Assembly (NCBI GenBank): GCA_963835925.1
Contig: CAWIHH010000004.1
Coordinates: forward strand, 505,289-569,288
DNA length: 64,000 nt
Origin: Candidatus Bathyarchaeota archaeon
Lineage (GTDB): Archaea > Thermoproteota > Bathyarchaeia > 40CM-2-53-6
Direction of reading: 5' to 3'
Shown here: positions 47,968 to 57,781 of the stretch, in pieces
Layout: the number at the start of each line of letters is the position of its first letter
How positions within the stretch are numbered: position 1 is the stretch's first letter
Made by a program: the position numbers and the translations under genes
The notes under the pieces: generated by a model
The model's input: only the letters and a program-made list of their open reading frames with translations
What the model was told of the DNA's origin: nothing
Databases searched by the model: none

Positions 47968-48840
47968 TTGCCGGACCGGATTCTGGTTGTGGATGATGAG
48001 GAGGACAACCTCAACCTGACTAGAAGGATACTGGAGAAGAATGGATTCCAAGTGGTCACTGCTTCTAACTCTGAGGAGACCTTACTGAAGGCGGAGGCTG
48101 AGATACCTAACCGGGTATTGTTAGATGTGGTCATGTCACGGAAGACCGGGTTAGAAGTCTGCAAAATTCTGAAAAGCCAAACCAAAACTAAACACGTCCC
48201 AATTGTAATGTTCACTGCTCTCGGACGAGATGTTGACCGAAAGATGGCTGCTGACGCTGGAGCGGATGGCTACTTCACCAAACCCTTCACCCCTGAAGCA
48301 CTCATAGCAGAAGTGAAGCAACAATTGGAGAAGGCTAGGGGTGAGAAGTTCTCCGAACAATTAGGAGTTACCCACGAGACGCTGCAGGGAAGAAAGATCC
48401 TCTTAGAATTCGATCCGTCCACACCTTTCGAGAGATTCGTGAGAGATTTCGTCATGGAAAGCATCGCCCATACTGAATCGAGCCTTGTCTTGACTAAGAG
48501 AGACAGCACTATTCGAAAGGTTGTTGGTGACGAGAAAAGAGTTGAGTTCGTTGAGATGATGCCTGGTTTGATGCTGTCACCCCTGTTGGAGAAGCACCGT
48601 GAGGGGCCTCTCAGCTTGGTCTACGATAACCTCACAGACCTCGCATTGTCCACAGACTTCAAAACGGCCTACGCATTCGCCAGCAACGCAATCGAACAAC
48701 TCTCCAACCCCAGAATAACTGCTCTCATACTCCTGAACCCATTAGCCCACGAACAGAAAGACATCTACGGCATACAAGGACTCTTCAGCAACCAAATCAC
48801 CTACGGAAAAGAAGGCATCACCAAAACCAAGACCTCTTAA
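47968..48840 (+). CDS. Response regulator: receiver domain fused to a degenerate RecA/KaiC-like domain (TTG start assumed)
   Basis: The receiver reads ILVVDDEEDN..LLDVVMSRKTG..FTKPF. The C-terminal half (ILLEFDPSTPFE..) looks KaiC-like but lacks a Walker A GK[ST]. Confidence 0.7.
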   Translation: MPDRILVVDDEEDNLNLTRRILEKNGFQVVTASNSEETLLKAEAEIPNRVLLDVVMSRKTGLEVCKILKSQTKTKHVPIVMFTALGRDVDRKMAADAGADGYFTKPFTPEALIAEVKQQLEKARGEKFSEQLGVTHETLQGRKILLEFDPSTPFERFVRDFVMESIAHTESSLVLTKRDSTIRKVVGDEKRVEFVEMMPGLMLSPLLEKHREGPLSLVYDNLTDLALSTDFKTAYAFASNAIEQLSNPRITALILLNPLAHEQKDIYGIQGLFSNQITYGKEGITKTKTS

Positions 48841-49805
48841 CTTGTCAAAAACATGAAATTTTAACAGCCATTAGCGAGCGCAAGTTACCAGAATCACATT
48901 CTTTTGTCGAACCACAACAAACGTACAATCCTTCACAATCTCACAGCCAAATGCGTACTCTTCCGTTTCGTCAACCGACATCCTAGCACAATAAGTTCTG
49001 AGTATAATTTTTCACGATTCATGCTATGCAGGCAGAGTCACATTTGTCAACGTTCGAGCATACTATGAATGCCTAACGAACCTGTCCAAGAAATACACCA
49101 TAACCGTACTGCCTCGAGGTATCTCTTGGAAGACTCCACGCGGCATCACTAACGCACAATTCGATCAACTTCGTCTCGAATTTGAACGAGTGCCACAAAT
49201 CTCTTCTGAAAATGTAGATTCAAAACATGGATTTGCGTAAATTCCCCGCCTTTGTCACTGCCGCGGTCTTTCTCTCTTTTATCAAGGAATGGGAATTGCA
49301 GTCATGAAACAGGAAAATACAGCATAGGCATTTTATCTGTACAGTAATACCTGTAGTAAGAAAAGGTAGCGATCATGGAACTTACACTAAGAAAACTGAG
49401 GACTCATGGGACCGGCAAGCACGATATCAACCTTCGAGTTGGTAACATCGGCAAGCGTTCGAGCCAAGCAAAACGTGTATTTCCCAACAGCGTCATCTAG
49501 CCTAGCAGAACTCGAAAGCAACGCCACCCTCATGAGCTTATCCTCTGTAGCAAACTCCATCAGTTAGCATGCCACAATTTTAGCTCCGACAATGAATAAT
49601 CATTACTTAGAACAATTGGGGTCAAAACCTAAGTCAGTTAAGGCGCGGTAATTGTCTCGGAACTTCGTGGGGACGAACGCATTTCCAAGAGTGGTCCAGA
49701 AGCTAACCCAATTTAAGGTTCGCAGCGGTGCTTACAGCAGTTCGCAATTGGATTGAATATGCCTCGGCTAGCATTATTTGACATTCGATGAGGTCATCGG
49801 GTTGG

Positions 49806-50237
49806 CTAGATGTTGTCCTTCCAGGTTTTCAATACAGGAACCACTTGGCTACCTGTGACGCCGTTTATGGTTTTGATTCTTGACGTTATGAAGTCTGAAA
49901 GTTCTGAGTTTGTTGAAGTTCGAACCCACAGTAGAAGGTCGCCGTAGGTGTGGGTTTCGTAGACTCCAAGAACATTTTCGAGATTGGTGAGCGCAGCTGC
50001 AACATGAGGCATTAACGATGGCATTACTGTGATGGCTACGAGAGCAGCCGTCCCTAATCCCAGGTGAACAGGGTCTATTACCGCACGAAAACCGTGGAGA
50101 ATACCTTTCTTCTGAAGTCGACGTACGCGGTAACGTATTGTGCCTTCGGTAACATGCAACGTCCTAGATATCCTCACGAACGGAGTTAGACAATTCTTGG
50201 AAAGAATCTTCAGTATTTTCTCGTCTAGTTCGTCCAA
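49806..50237 (-). CDS. Lrp/AsnC-family transcriptional regulator
   Basis: An HTH (ISRTLHVTEGTIRYRVRRLQKKGIL) is followed by a RAM domain. Confidence 0.85.
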   Translation of the reverse strand: MDELDEKILKILSKNCLTPFVRISRTLHVTEGTIRYRVRRLQKKGILHGFRAVIDPVHLGLGTAALVAITVMPSLMPHVAAALTNLENVLGVYETHTYGDLLLWVRTSTNSELSDFITSRIKTINGVTGSQVVPVLKTWKDNI

Positions 50238-50336
50238 GGTTATTCTACTGTAGCGTCACCGTGCTTTATGTAAAAAACCTTGTTCTGTTTTACGTAATCC
50301 GTAAATATTATCCAGGACTTTCCTGTACTAGCAATT

Positions 50337-50672
50337 GTGTGGGAGGCGAGAAAGAAAATGGATTCACGATACGCATACCTTGGAGCGATAACAGCAATCC
50401 TCGCATTCATCGGCCTGATCATGAGATATTTCATGCCTTTGCATGAACCCTACCAGTCAATCTCAATCATTGTATTATTCATCATAGGCTTCATCGTCTT
50501 CGGTTACGGCTACGGCGACGGATGGAAATGGCCTGTATGGTTAGGATCAATCCTAGTTATGGCAGGATTCATTCTACTAGCCAACCTACCAATACTCTGG
50601 TTCGTCTTCGCAATCGGACTTGGAACAATTAGCTACTCATCACAAAGACAAACGATCCACGGCCACCATTAG
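50337..50672 (+). CDS. Small membrane protein
   Basis: Three to four hydrophobic segments. The start is uncertain. Confidence 0.4.
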   Translation: MWEARKKMDSRYAYLGAITAILAFIGLIMRYFMPLHEPYQSISIIVLFIIGFIVFGYGYGDGWKWPVWLGSILVMAGFILLANLPILWFVFAIGLGTISYSSQRQTIHGHH

Positions 50673-50984
50673 GCGTGACCGAATCAGCCCAGACGGTCTC
50701 CATCACCTCTTTCTTTTTCCTACTTGACTCCGTCAATTTCATTCTTGGGCGCTAACCCGGAAATGTCTCTTCACTCTGACGCTGACATGAATCAAAGGGG
50801 CATATGCGGGCACAGGACAATCTGATCCAGCAGCGAGCCTCTGCAGCATTCGCTCCGACACTAGCTAAGGTTTGATGATTAAGGGTAAGAGGTTAAGCTG
50901 GCTTCCTCATAGCGTGCATGAGGCATACGTTGGCATGACGGCTCTCTTGTATCGAACCAGCAAACTGGCAATTGGAGGCTCAAC

Positions 50985-51383
50985 TTGACCGGAGCATCTG
51001 GACAAGATACCTCGAAGGCCCAGGGCCCGGTAAGTGTCATGATTCCACTTTCAGAGCCAGATAAAACAGTCGTTAGAGTCAGAGACTTGATGACTCAAGC
51101 ACTAATTTCTATTGACTTAGAGAGAAACGTTATGGAAGCTGCCAGATTGATGACTGAAAAACATGTGTCTTCCATTCTCGCCTCCCAGAGAGGAAAACTA
51201 TTGGGCATAATCACAGATCACGACATAATCAGCAGAGTTGTAGCGAAAGGACTGAACCCGAACGAAGTTAGCGTTGCTAGAGTGATGAGTTCTCCGCTGA
51301 TAACAGTCAGCGATGAAGAGACAATTGACGAGGCCGCGAAAGGAATGGCTGCCCAGAAAGCAGGCCACGAACTTCCTGCTTGA
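50985..51383 (+). CDS. CBS-domain protein whose second CBS domain appears truncated
   Basis: The first CBS is VRDLMTQALISIDL..LLGIITDHDIISRVV. The second ends at ..AAKGMAAQKAGHELPA stop, missing the usual VV..G.LVGI.T..D strand. Confidence 0.65.
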   Translation: MTGASGQDTSKAQGPVSVMIPLSEPDKTVVRVRDLMTQALISIDLERNVMEAARLMTEKHVSSILASQRGKLLGIITDHDIISRVVAKGLNPNEVSVARVMSSPLITVSDEETIDEAAKGMAAQKAGHELPA

Positions 51384-51384
51384 C

Positions 51385-52485
51385 ATGGTAACTGAACTTG
51401 AAAAACAGAACCGAAGTGGGAGCTACATTTCGAATTGTGTTAAGCCGGTGAAAAGCTGGCTAGAATTCAATGGGATTCAGGTACAGCAGCGGATCAAGAT
51501 CGCTAGACGTGATGAACTCGTAAGGACTGCGGACGAACGGCCACCAACACCCGAAGAGCTGAAACGCATCTTTGACATGGCAGATTTTCGAACACGTGTC
51601 GCCTGCGCACTAGTCGCCTTCAGCGGAGTCAGAATAGAAGTCATAGGTAACTATCTGGGAAAGGATGGGCTTCAGTTACGTGACTTTCCTGAACTCAGCA
51701 TCAAGGACCGCAACGTGGAGTTCTCGAAGATACCCACTCTGATACTTGTTCGGAAGAGCCTTTCCAAAACTAGGAACCAGTTCTTCACATTTCTGAGCGA
51801 AGAAGGTTGTGAATACCTGAAAGAATACTTGGAATTTAGACTGATGACAGAAACGCTAACGCCCAACTCGCCGGTAATCACCCCATCTAAGCATGCCCTT
51901 TCAGGAAAACATATTCGCACAGTGAATGTCAGCGACTTGATCCGAAAACCAATCCGTGCAGCAGCATTCAAATGGAGACCATACGTGCTAAGGAGATACT
52001 TCGACACACGACTGATGATGGCAGAATCTGATGCCCTACTCATCAGAGATTACCGCATTTTCTGGATGGGGCACAAGGGCGACATGGAGCACACTTACAC
52101 GGTAAACAAAGGCCTTTCACAAGATGTAGTGGAGAAGATGCGAGAGTCCTACGCAAAGGCTGCGGCGAAATATCTCCAAACCAAGAAATCCGAAGCTGGC
52201 GAAGACAAGATCAAGGAAGCGGTCAAGAAGCATCTGTTGGAAGTCGTGGGCTTCACTGAGAAAGACTTCGCCAAGCGGGACCTAAACAAGATGTCGAACG
52301 ATGAAATCTTGGACTTGATGAAGCAGAAGTTAACTGGCACTAGTGCGACAGATGGTACGAATGGGTCGAAAAATGGAGCAAAGCAGAAGGTGATCCCCAA
52401 CGGTCAACTGGAACAGTACGTTGAGGGCGGCTGGGAATATGTTGCAACCGCAGGCGAAAAGATCGTAGTAAAAATGCCAGCTTAA
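51385..52485 (+). mobile_element. Tyrosine recombinase / integrase
   Basis: Catalytic elements are FSGVRIEV (Arg), LRRYFDT (Arg) and FWMGHKGDMEHTY (His..Tyr). The ATG at 51385 follows the CBS stop by one base. Confidence 0.8.
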
Positions 52486-52529
52486 GTTCTCAAGAACTCT
52501 CAAAACCTGCTTGAAAATGAATCAATCGT

Positions 52530-52577
52530 CCGGTAAACAGGGGCGGGGGAGGGGATTTCAGCCCCAATTTACCGGTA
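52530..52577 (+). repeat. Hairpin repeat copy A: CCGGTAAA..GGGGATTTCAGCCCC..TTTACCGG
   Basis: The 28-nt core AGGGGATTTCAGCCCCAATTTACCGGTA matches copy B (57326-57353) with 1 mismatch. Confidence 0.7.
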
Positions 52578-52668
52578 CATATAGGCCAGCAGTGAAGCAT
52601 CACGGAACGACGTCAGTTCAGATTACAGTGCCAGTACCATTAGGACCGCATGCACAATTGAAGGATAA

Positions 52669-53106
52669 CTACTCTGTCCTGCCTTCCTTGACTCCTTCTT
52701 TCAGGCCTTCCTCGGATTTTTCCATTGCTTTTCCAGCGTATTTTGCTATAAAGAAAACCACGACAGCAACGATCAGGAAATCTACAATAACTCCCACGAA
52801 ATCTCCTATTGCGAAATTCATGCCCGCCCCGATGGGTAAACTTACCACGGCTTTCCTCCAGTCTCCACCAGGGATTAACGCACCTGGGATGGGCATGATT
52901 ATGTCCTGAACGAGAGCTGAAACCACCTTGCCGATGTACGTGCCCATAATGAATCCTACGGCCAGTCCGATTACTCCCGCCTTGCCAATGAAATCCATAA
53001 ACTCAGCGATCAGTCCCTTTGGTTTCGGTTCGGGTGGCGCCGACTTCGGAGTGACTGCCTCTCGGATCTTCCTTAGCTCGTCCAACATTTCATTTTCAAA
53101 TGACAT
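52669..53106 (-). CDS. mscL: Large-conductance mechanosensitive channel
   Basis: FMDFIGKAGVIGLAVGFIMG..VSALVQDIIMPIPG..GGDW matches the MscL signature. Confidence 0.85.
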   Translation of the reverse strand: MSFENEMLDELRKIREAVTPKSAPPEPKPKGLIAEFMDFIGKAGVIGLAVGFIMGTYIGKVVSALVQDIIMPIPGALIPGGDWRKAVVSLPIGAGMNFAIGDFVGVIVDFLIVAVVVFFIAKYAGKAMEKSEEGLKEGVKEGRTE

Positions 53107-53327
53107 TCAAGATCAATCCAAGCGTGCCCGTTTGTGCGTATATATGAGTTTTCGAAGGTCGCTATCCATTCGAAGAGAAAGATCGTCATTGATAATCGAT
53201 TCAAAATGGCAAAATAAGTGAACGATTGGGAATTATCCATTCAGTTTGTGTGTGGGCACGGCTAGACCGCACATCACAAAAGAAAGCAACGGCAAAAATA
53301 GGGGGTAACCTCTGGTGGACAGAGGTT

Positions 53328-53522
53328 CTATTCGGTGATGTCGACGATCTTAGCTTTGGAAGCGTTGGCCTTCACCGATTTGATTCCTCTCTTGCAGCCT
53401 TCTTTTGATTCGTACCCTTGACCTGACGCCATCTCTTCGTCGTTCGAAGCTTTCAATCTCCATCTGAACTTTTCAGCATGGTCTTTGTAGACTTCGAATT
53501 TTGATTCTGCTGGCATTAACAT
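53328..53522 (-). CDS. YegP/DUF1508-family small protein
   Basis: FEVYKD..KFRWRLKASN.EEMASGQGYESKEGCKRGIKSVK. Confidence 0.75.
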   Translation of the reverse strand: MLMPAESKFEVYKDHAEKFRWRLKASNDEEMASGQGYESKEGCKRGIKSVKANASKAKIVDITE

Positions 53523-53731
53523 TCACCTCATTATTTTGCTCAATTTTCCTTTTTTTCGAATTTCAATTCCCTGCTTAGTCTTCGTCTTTCCTCTTCCTTT
53601 CCAAGGCTCTTCCTCTTCATCTTTCTCTGACAATCTCACTCAAGTGGTCCACTTTCCTTTTCGTGGTCGTAGACGTTGGTGAGTTTGAATGGGAAAAATG
53701 GGGTGGTTCCTGCTCTGTGCAGAGCGGGAGT

Positions 53732-53947
53732 TTACTCTTTCTTTCCGAACATGCTACCCAGTTTACCGGCAACTCCGGCAGCTCCTCCACTGGAGGCTCC
53801 GCCAGCTAGCACGGCGTCAATCTGACTCGCAACTGGAGCTGGAAGTTTACTCTTGAGCACGCCCACGACTGCATCAACTGCACCCTGAGCTTGCTGCTGC
53901 GACAAACCAGTTTTCTGAGCAACAGTAGCAACAATATTACTTGACAT
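53732..53947 (-). CDS. Small hypothetical protein with a Gly/Ala-rich tail
   Basis: MSSNIVATVAQKTGLSQQQAQGAVDAVVGVLK.. The start is taken at the internal ATG. Confidence 0.45.
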   Translation of the reverse strand: MSSNIVATVAQKTGLSQQQAQGAVDAVVGVLKSKLPAPVASQIDAVLAGGASSGGAAGVAGKLGSMFGKKE

Positions 53948-54021
53948 AAATTCACCTCCAGCGTCTATGCGCATATGAAGGAGCAAATGCTATTTAACAA
54001 TATGTACGTAAACATATTTAT

Positions 54022-54213
54022 ATGTCCATTCTTATCTACTTAGTTCACGATAGGATTGATGCTGTACACTTGGGTAAACTGTACATAGTGCTCTCAGACG
54101 ATATTGAGCGGCGACTGCGATTAGAGGCAGTAAAGAGACTCGGTGGAAAGAAAGGCGCTCTCAGCGCCGCCATAGAAACGGCCGTCAAAGACTGGCTGAA
54201 CAAAAAGACTTGA
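54022..54213 (+). CDS. Ribbon-helix-helix (CopG/Arc-like) DNA-binding protein (start uncertain)
   Basis: KLYIVLSDDIERRLRLEAVKR...LSAAIETAVKDWL. Confidence 0.5.
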   Translation: MSILIYLVHDRIDAVHLGKLYIVLSDDIERRLRLEAVKRLGGKKGALSAAIETAVKDWLNKKT

Positions 54214-54320
54214 AATCAATCCCTACAGGGTCCGGACACTAAGCTCCTCATTCCCATTCCTCTTCCTCATCATTGACATCATCATCAACATCGTCGTCTT
54301 CCACATCGTCATCAACATCG

Positions 54321-54350
54321 TTCATCATCATTCATCATCATTCATCATCC
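54321..54350. repeat. Three tandem copies of a 10-nt unit TTCATCATCA within a CAT/CGT-rich tract (54260-54350)
   Basis: Read directly from the sequence. The minus strand would encode an Asp/Glu-rich peptide. Confidence 0.8.
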
Positions 54351-54366
54351 ATTGCCGAGCCGTGAA

Positions 54367-54591
54367 CTATGTTGTTGTTCCCCTAATGATTCTTATCAGT
54401 TCAAGTGCGTGGCTTTGAATCGAAGGCTCTAGAGCCTCGTCGCCTATTTCAATGAGCGCAGGTATTGCCACAACGCCGTACGCTGCAATTGCATCAAGTG
54501 CCTTCAATATTGGGTCCAACGAGTCGTTCGATGAGGATGATGGTTTGAGTGCGATTTGCTTGAGTTTGTCTATTTGCAGGTTTTCTGACAA
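54367..54591 (-). CDS. Small helical (HEAT-repeat-like) protein
   Basis: AIAAYGVVAIPALIEIGDEALEPSIQSHALELI. Confidence 0.3.
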   Translation of the reverse strand: MSENLQIDKLKQIALKPSSSSNDSLDPILKALDAIAAYGVVAIPALIEIGDEALEPSIQSHALELIRIIRGTTT

Positions 54592-54619
54592 AACTAAGTC
54601 ATCTTCTATTCCGTTGCCG

Positions 54620-54811
54620 TTAGTGTGGCCCTATTGGCACACTTTCACAGTTCAGATTGTGAAATACTTGAAGACAGTTCTTACAGAACATAACTGCGCA
54701 AGTTTCACATCTGCCCCAGTTTGGAACTGGTCTATTGATTAGATCTTTGCCACATTCTCGACAGTTACTCTGAACTGCCGCTTTGTTCACCATGAGATGC
54801 TCACACCCCAC
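54620..54811 (-). CDS. Small Cys-rich zinc-finger protein
   Basis: CRECGKDL..CETCAVMFCKNC. Confidence 0.4.
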   Translation of the reverse strand: MGCEHLMVNKAAVQSNCRECGKDLINRPVPNWGRCETCAVMFCKNCLQVFHNLNCESVPIGPH

Positions 54812-54996
54812 GTTACGAAGCGAGCTACTTAATGCATTACCGCAGAGTAAGATTCGAGTTTACTGCAAACGTCAGCCCTGAGCTCAGGAACAAGAAGAGC
54901 ACTATCGCTGGTTTAGAGTGTATTGCGCATTCTCAATCACAATGGGCAGGGAGATTGCGGAGTCATGAGGCTGAGAAATGAAGCAGGTCGTTGTGG

Positions 54997-55389
54997 TCAA
55001 ACTCGTTTATCCGGGTTGAAGAATCCCAGGGAAACTGTCACTGTAAAACCTGCTGCAGAAGCGTCACGTTGAATTTTAGCATCAAAGTATGGTTTGGCAA
55101 GAGTGGCGATAGATTTCTCCTGCAAAATAGTCAACGCTTGATTGCGAAGACGTGAGATGATCCCGCTCCGATTAGCGGGTATGTCAGCAATCGTAAGATC
55201 CACGTCGGCAAACTGTTCTGTGAAGTCAACGAAACCGTTAGCCTGTTGTTTTGGCTCGCAAAATATCGAATTACCGGAAAGATGTTCAAGCACGTTGTTC
55301 TCTACCTGCCTACGAAACACGCCTAGCAGCTCATTCTTATCGTTGAACAAGTCGAGCAAACTGGATTGACTGGACATGCACTGAACCAT
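54997..55389 (-). CDS. Hypothetical protein
   Basis: ORF only. Confidence 0.3.
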   Translation of the reverse strand: MVQCMSSQSSLLDLFNDKNELLGVFRRQVENNVLEHLSGNSIFCEPKQQANGFVDFTEQFADVDLTIADIPANRSGIISRLRNQALTILQEKSIATLAKPYFDAKIQRDASAAGFTVTVSLGFFNPDKRV

Positions 55390-55736
55390 TCAAGCTTCTT
55401 TATTTCAACTTTCTAATCAACTTCAAGCATCAGATGAGTTGATCTGCGGGCCTTGCTATAATCGACATCCAGAATTGTAAAGCAGAATTGTTATGTGGCC
55501 GGCGTGAGAAAATTCCACGCCAGCCGCCCCAAAGGGACAAGCCACATTGGGACAACATCGCCTAAACTAGGCTTGAACGTGAAATCGCTTCAGGTGAGAT
55601 TAGAATGTACCCCTGAACTAAGCCACGTTGAATCAAGCACAACTTCGGTTAGGAAAAAAGTATTCTCGATAGGAAATAGGACTGGAAGAACTCAAGTCCA
55701 AGTTGAAACCAGCACAATTTTATTCTATCTCTTGAT

Positions 55737-55967
55737 TTGGGGGTGTTACGTGAATCTAAGAACCCAGTTCTAATTTGCCGCTGCATGCAAGTCTTCACCG
55801 AACTCCATTCCTCAAGTACGCCTGTTTGCGAGAAATGCGGTCACAACGTGCGCAATCACTTCTCACAGAATGCACCTTTGCGAAAGCGTTGCTGTGAGCA
55901 TCAGTGCAAGTGCGATTGGGCTTGGGATGGAAACGGTGGGACGAAACCTATGACGCGACCTGACTGA
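55737..55967 (+). CDS. Small Cys-rich protein
   Basis: CRC..CEKCGH..CCEHQCKC. Confidence 0.3.
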   Translation: MGVLRESKNPVLICRCMQVFTELHSSSTPVCEKCGHNVRNHFSQNAPLRKRCCEHQCKCDWAWDGNGGTKPMTRPD

Positions 55968-56030
55968 AACGGAAGACGGGTCGCTCGGAAAATATTCCTG
56001 ATGTCCGCGCTGCCGCTTAACCTTTGACCC

Positions 56031-56804
56031 TTATCCGCCGAATAGTCGTGGGGCGACGAAACCGATAAGATATCCGATTGCGGCGGAGCCGCTTCCAATG
56101 CATAGGACTTGAATTGCGCTTCGAAGTAGTGTCATCCTAGCGACCTTCCCCTTTACTACTCCCAGCGCGAACAGAGCGATGGCAGTCGTTACGAGTGAGA
56201 CGGGTAGTGCGAGAGCCAAAGGCAACATAAGGTAGGGCCATAGAGGTATGAGGGCGGCTCCGGCGTAGGATGAACCTACAACAATTGCGTCTTTACGTGC
56301 TGCTCCGGTTTCTCCGTATGATAAGCCTAATTCCTTCTCTATCATTGTCTTGTTCAGCGAAATAGGTGACCGCGCGATGATCTCGCTGGCTAATCTTGAA
56401 TCTTCGGGGCTGAGTTTCTCTTCTCTGAGTAGCATTTCGAGTTCCAGACGTTTCACTTCCGGATGTTCTCTAATCTGGGACTCTTCATCCTGAATCTCTG
56501 ATTCGAACAATTGGTTCTCAGCTTGACTTGCTAGGAAGCTCGCGGACCCCATTGCGAGTGCTCCTGCTGCGGCTTCTGCTAGTCCACCGACTATGACTGC
56601 GATCGGTCTAAAGCCTGCAGCAGCCAAGCCTGTAACAACGGCTAAGGGTACAAGCAAGCCGTCTTGGAATCCGAGAACAAGTTCGCGAACGCGTGAGAGA
56701 CGTGAGATTCTTCCCCTTTCGCTGAGGGCTCTAACCCGCAATTCCTCTCCTGAAGTCGGATGCGGGGATCGTGGACTACGGGATCTCCGTTTGTGCGGCA
56801 GCAA
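56031..56804 (-). CDS. VIT1/CCC1-family iron/manganese transporter
   Basis: RELVLGFQDGLLVPLAVVTGLAAAG, a central acidic helical region, and C-terminal TM segments. Confidence 0.75.
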   Translation of the reverse strand: MLPHKRRSRSPRSPHPTSGEELRVRALSERGRISRLSRVRELVLGFQDGLLVPLAVVTGLAAAGFRPIAVIVGGLAEAAAGALAMGSASFLASQAENQLFESEIQDEESQIREHPEVKRLELEMLLREEKLSPEDSRLASEIIARSPISLNKTMIEKELGLSYGETGAARKDAIVVGSSYAGAALIPLWPYLMLPLALALPVSLVTTAIALFALGVVKGKVARMTLLRSAIQVLCIGSGSAAIGYLIGFVAPRLFGG

Positions 56805-56869
56805 AATCCTTCTCGGTTTCTTGACTTATTGGTTCTCTATATGAACACTGTAAACCCATGGTGTCGGGC

Positions 56870-57160
56870 TCAAGGGGGTAGTCCGATCGACTGCCTAATT
56901 TCTCGAATCTTTTCTGGCAGAAACGGGTTTTGATTCCAAGTTTTCGTCATGTCTGCTATGGCGAAGGGTTCGCGCTGAATAGACTCAACCTTCTCAACGA
57001 CCATATCTTGCGTATCACATTTTAGGAGAGCGACGAAAACGTAGTTTGGTGAACCACTCTCCACAAGGAGACTGGCAATAACGTGGTTCTCGTATCGGTA
57101 TACGTGTGGAGTGTACTGTTTTTGGAGTAGCTCTATTACTCTGTCTAGGTCGAGAGCCAT
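56870..57160 (-). CDS. Hypothetical protein
   Basis: ORF only. Confidence 0.3.
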   Translation of the reverse strand: MALDLDRVIELLQKQYTPHVYRYENHVIASLLVESGSPNYVFVALLKCDTQDMVVEKVESIQREPFAIADMTKTWNQNPFLPEKIREIRQSIGLPP

Positions 57161-57325
57161 GTACCGTATTGCTGGCGGCTGACTATTTTCGACTTGCGTT
57201 CCGAATTAGCGTTAACCATTCGTTGCTACTCCCAAACTGGTGTGAGTAGATTCGAACCCTGCTTTTCCACGTCCGTTGTGACTGCCACGATCTTCATCTA
57301 TGGTACTCGCTCAAGAAAATGGGGT

Positions 57326-57353
57326 AGGGGATTTCAGCCCCAGTTTACCGGTA
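57326..57353 (+). repeat. Hairpin repeat copy B
   Basis: AGGGGATTTCAGCCCCAGTTTACCGGTA. Confidence 0.7.
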
Positions 57354-57421
57354 GACCACGGGTACAATGCTTCTCAGATAATAACAGAATGTACTTGAGA
57401 TGCAGAGAGAACTCTACTGGC

Positions 57422-57658
57422 TTAGCTGCCTTCTATCACTAACATTGTCAAGGTCGACCGGACTTTCTCGAGCTTTCTTATCCTCCAAGTAATTATCTCT
57501 TTCAGTTTGTCTAGCGATTCAGCCTCGACCTTAGCAACTACATCGTATACACCATAAACAGCATACGACTCCTTGACGTTTCCGATCTTACGCAACTCAG
57601 CCACCACCTCGTCTTCTGAGCCCACCTCTGCATTTACAAGGACGATAACTACAGGCAT
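57422..57658 (-). CDS. Stand-alone Lrp/AsnC ligand-binding (RAM) domain protein
   Basis: 78 aa: VIVLVNAEVGSEDEVVAELRKIGNVKESYAVYGVYDVVAKVEAESLDKL. Confidence 0.7.
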   Translation of the reverse strand: MPVVIVLVNAEVGSEDEVVAELRKIGNVKESYAVYGVYDVVAKVEAESLDKLKEIITWRIRKLEKVRSTLTMLVIEGS

Positions 57659-57756
57659 CGCAGAAACACGCGTAGGCTATTGCTTTTCAGCCGATTCTAA
57701 AGGTTCCTCCTTCGAGTGATTGTTCATTTGCGCTTAGCCAGACTTCAGAGATGGTT

Positions 57757-57781
57757 AGGGGATTCCAACCCTACTGTAACC
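57757..57781 (+). repeat. Diverged hairpin repeat copy D (GGTTA-GGGGATTCCAACCC-..-TAACC)
   Basis: It has the same stem-in-stem layout and partial sequence similarity to copy A. Confidence 0.4.

Noticed and set aside
49618-49645. A possible fifth, inverted copy of the hairpin repeat (RC: GGTTTTGACCCCAATTGT).
   Set aside because: Only about 13 core positions match and it has no outer stem. The similarity could be chance.
52530-52582. Hairpin repeat A as an H/ACA-type guide RNA (lower stem, internal loop, upper stem, ACA right after the stem), or as a C/D box sRNA.
   Set aside because: The internal loop is one-sided (13 nt versus 2 nt), the upper stem is only 4 bp with no K-turn, and there are no UGAUGA boxes.
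57240-57265. GATTCGAACCC, a reverse-complemented T-loop-like motif, suggested a minus-strand tRNA.
   Set aside because: The flanking bases cannot form a T stem or an acceptor stem.
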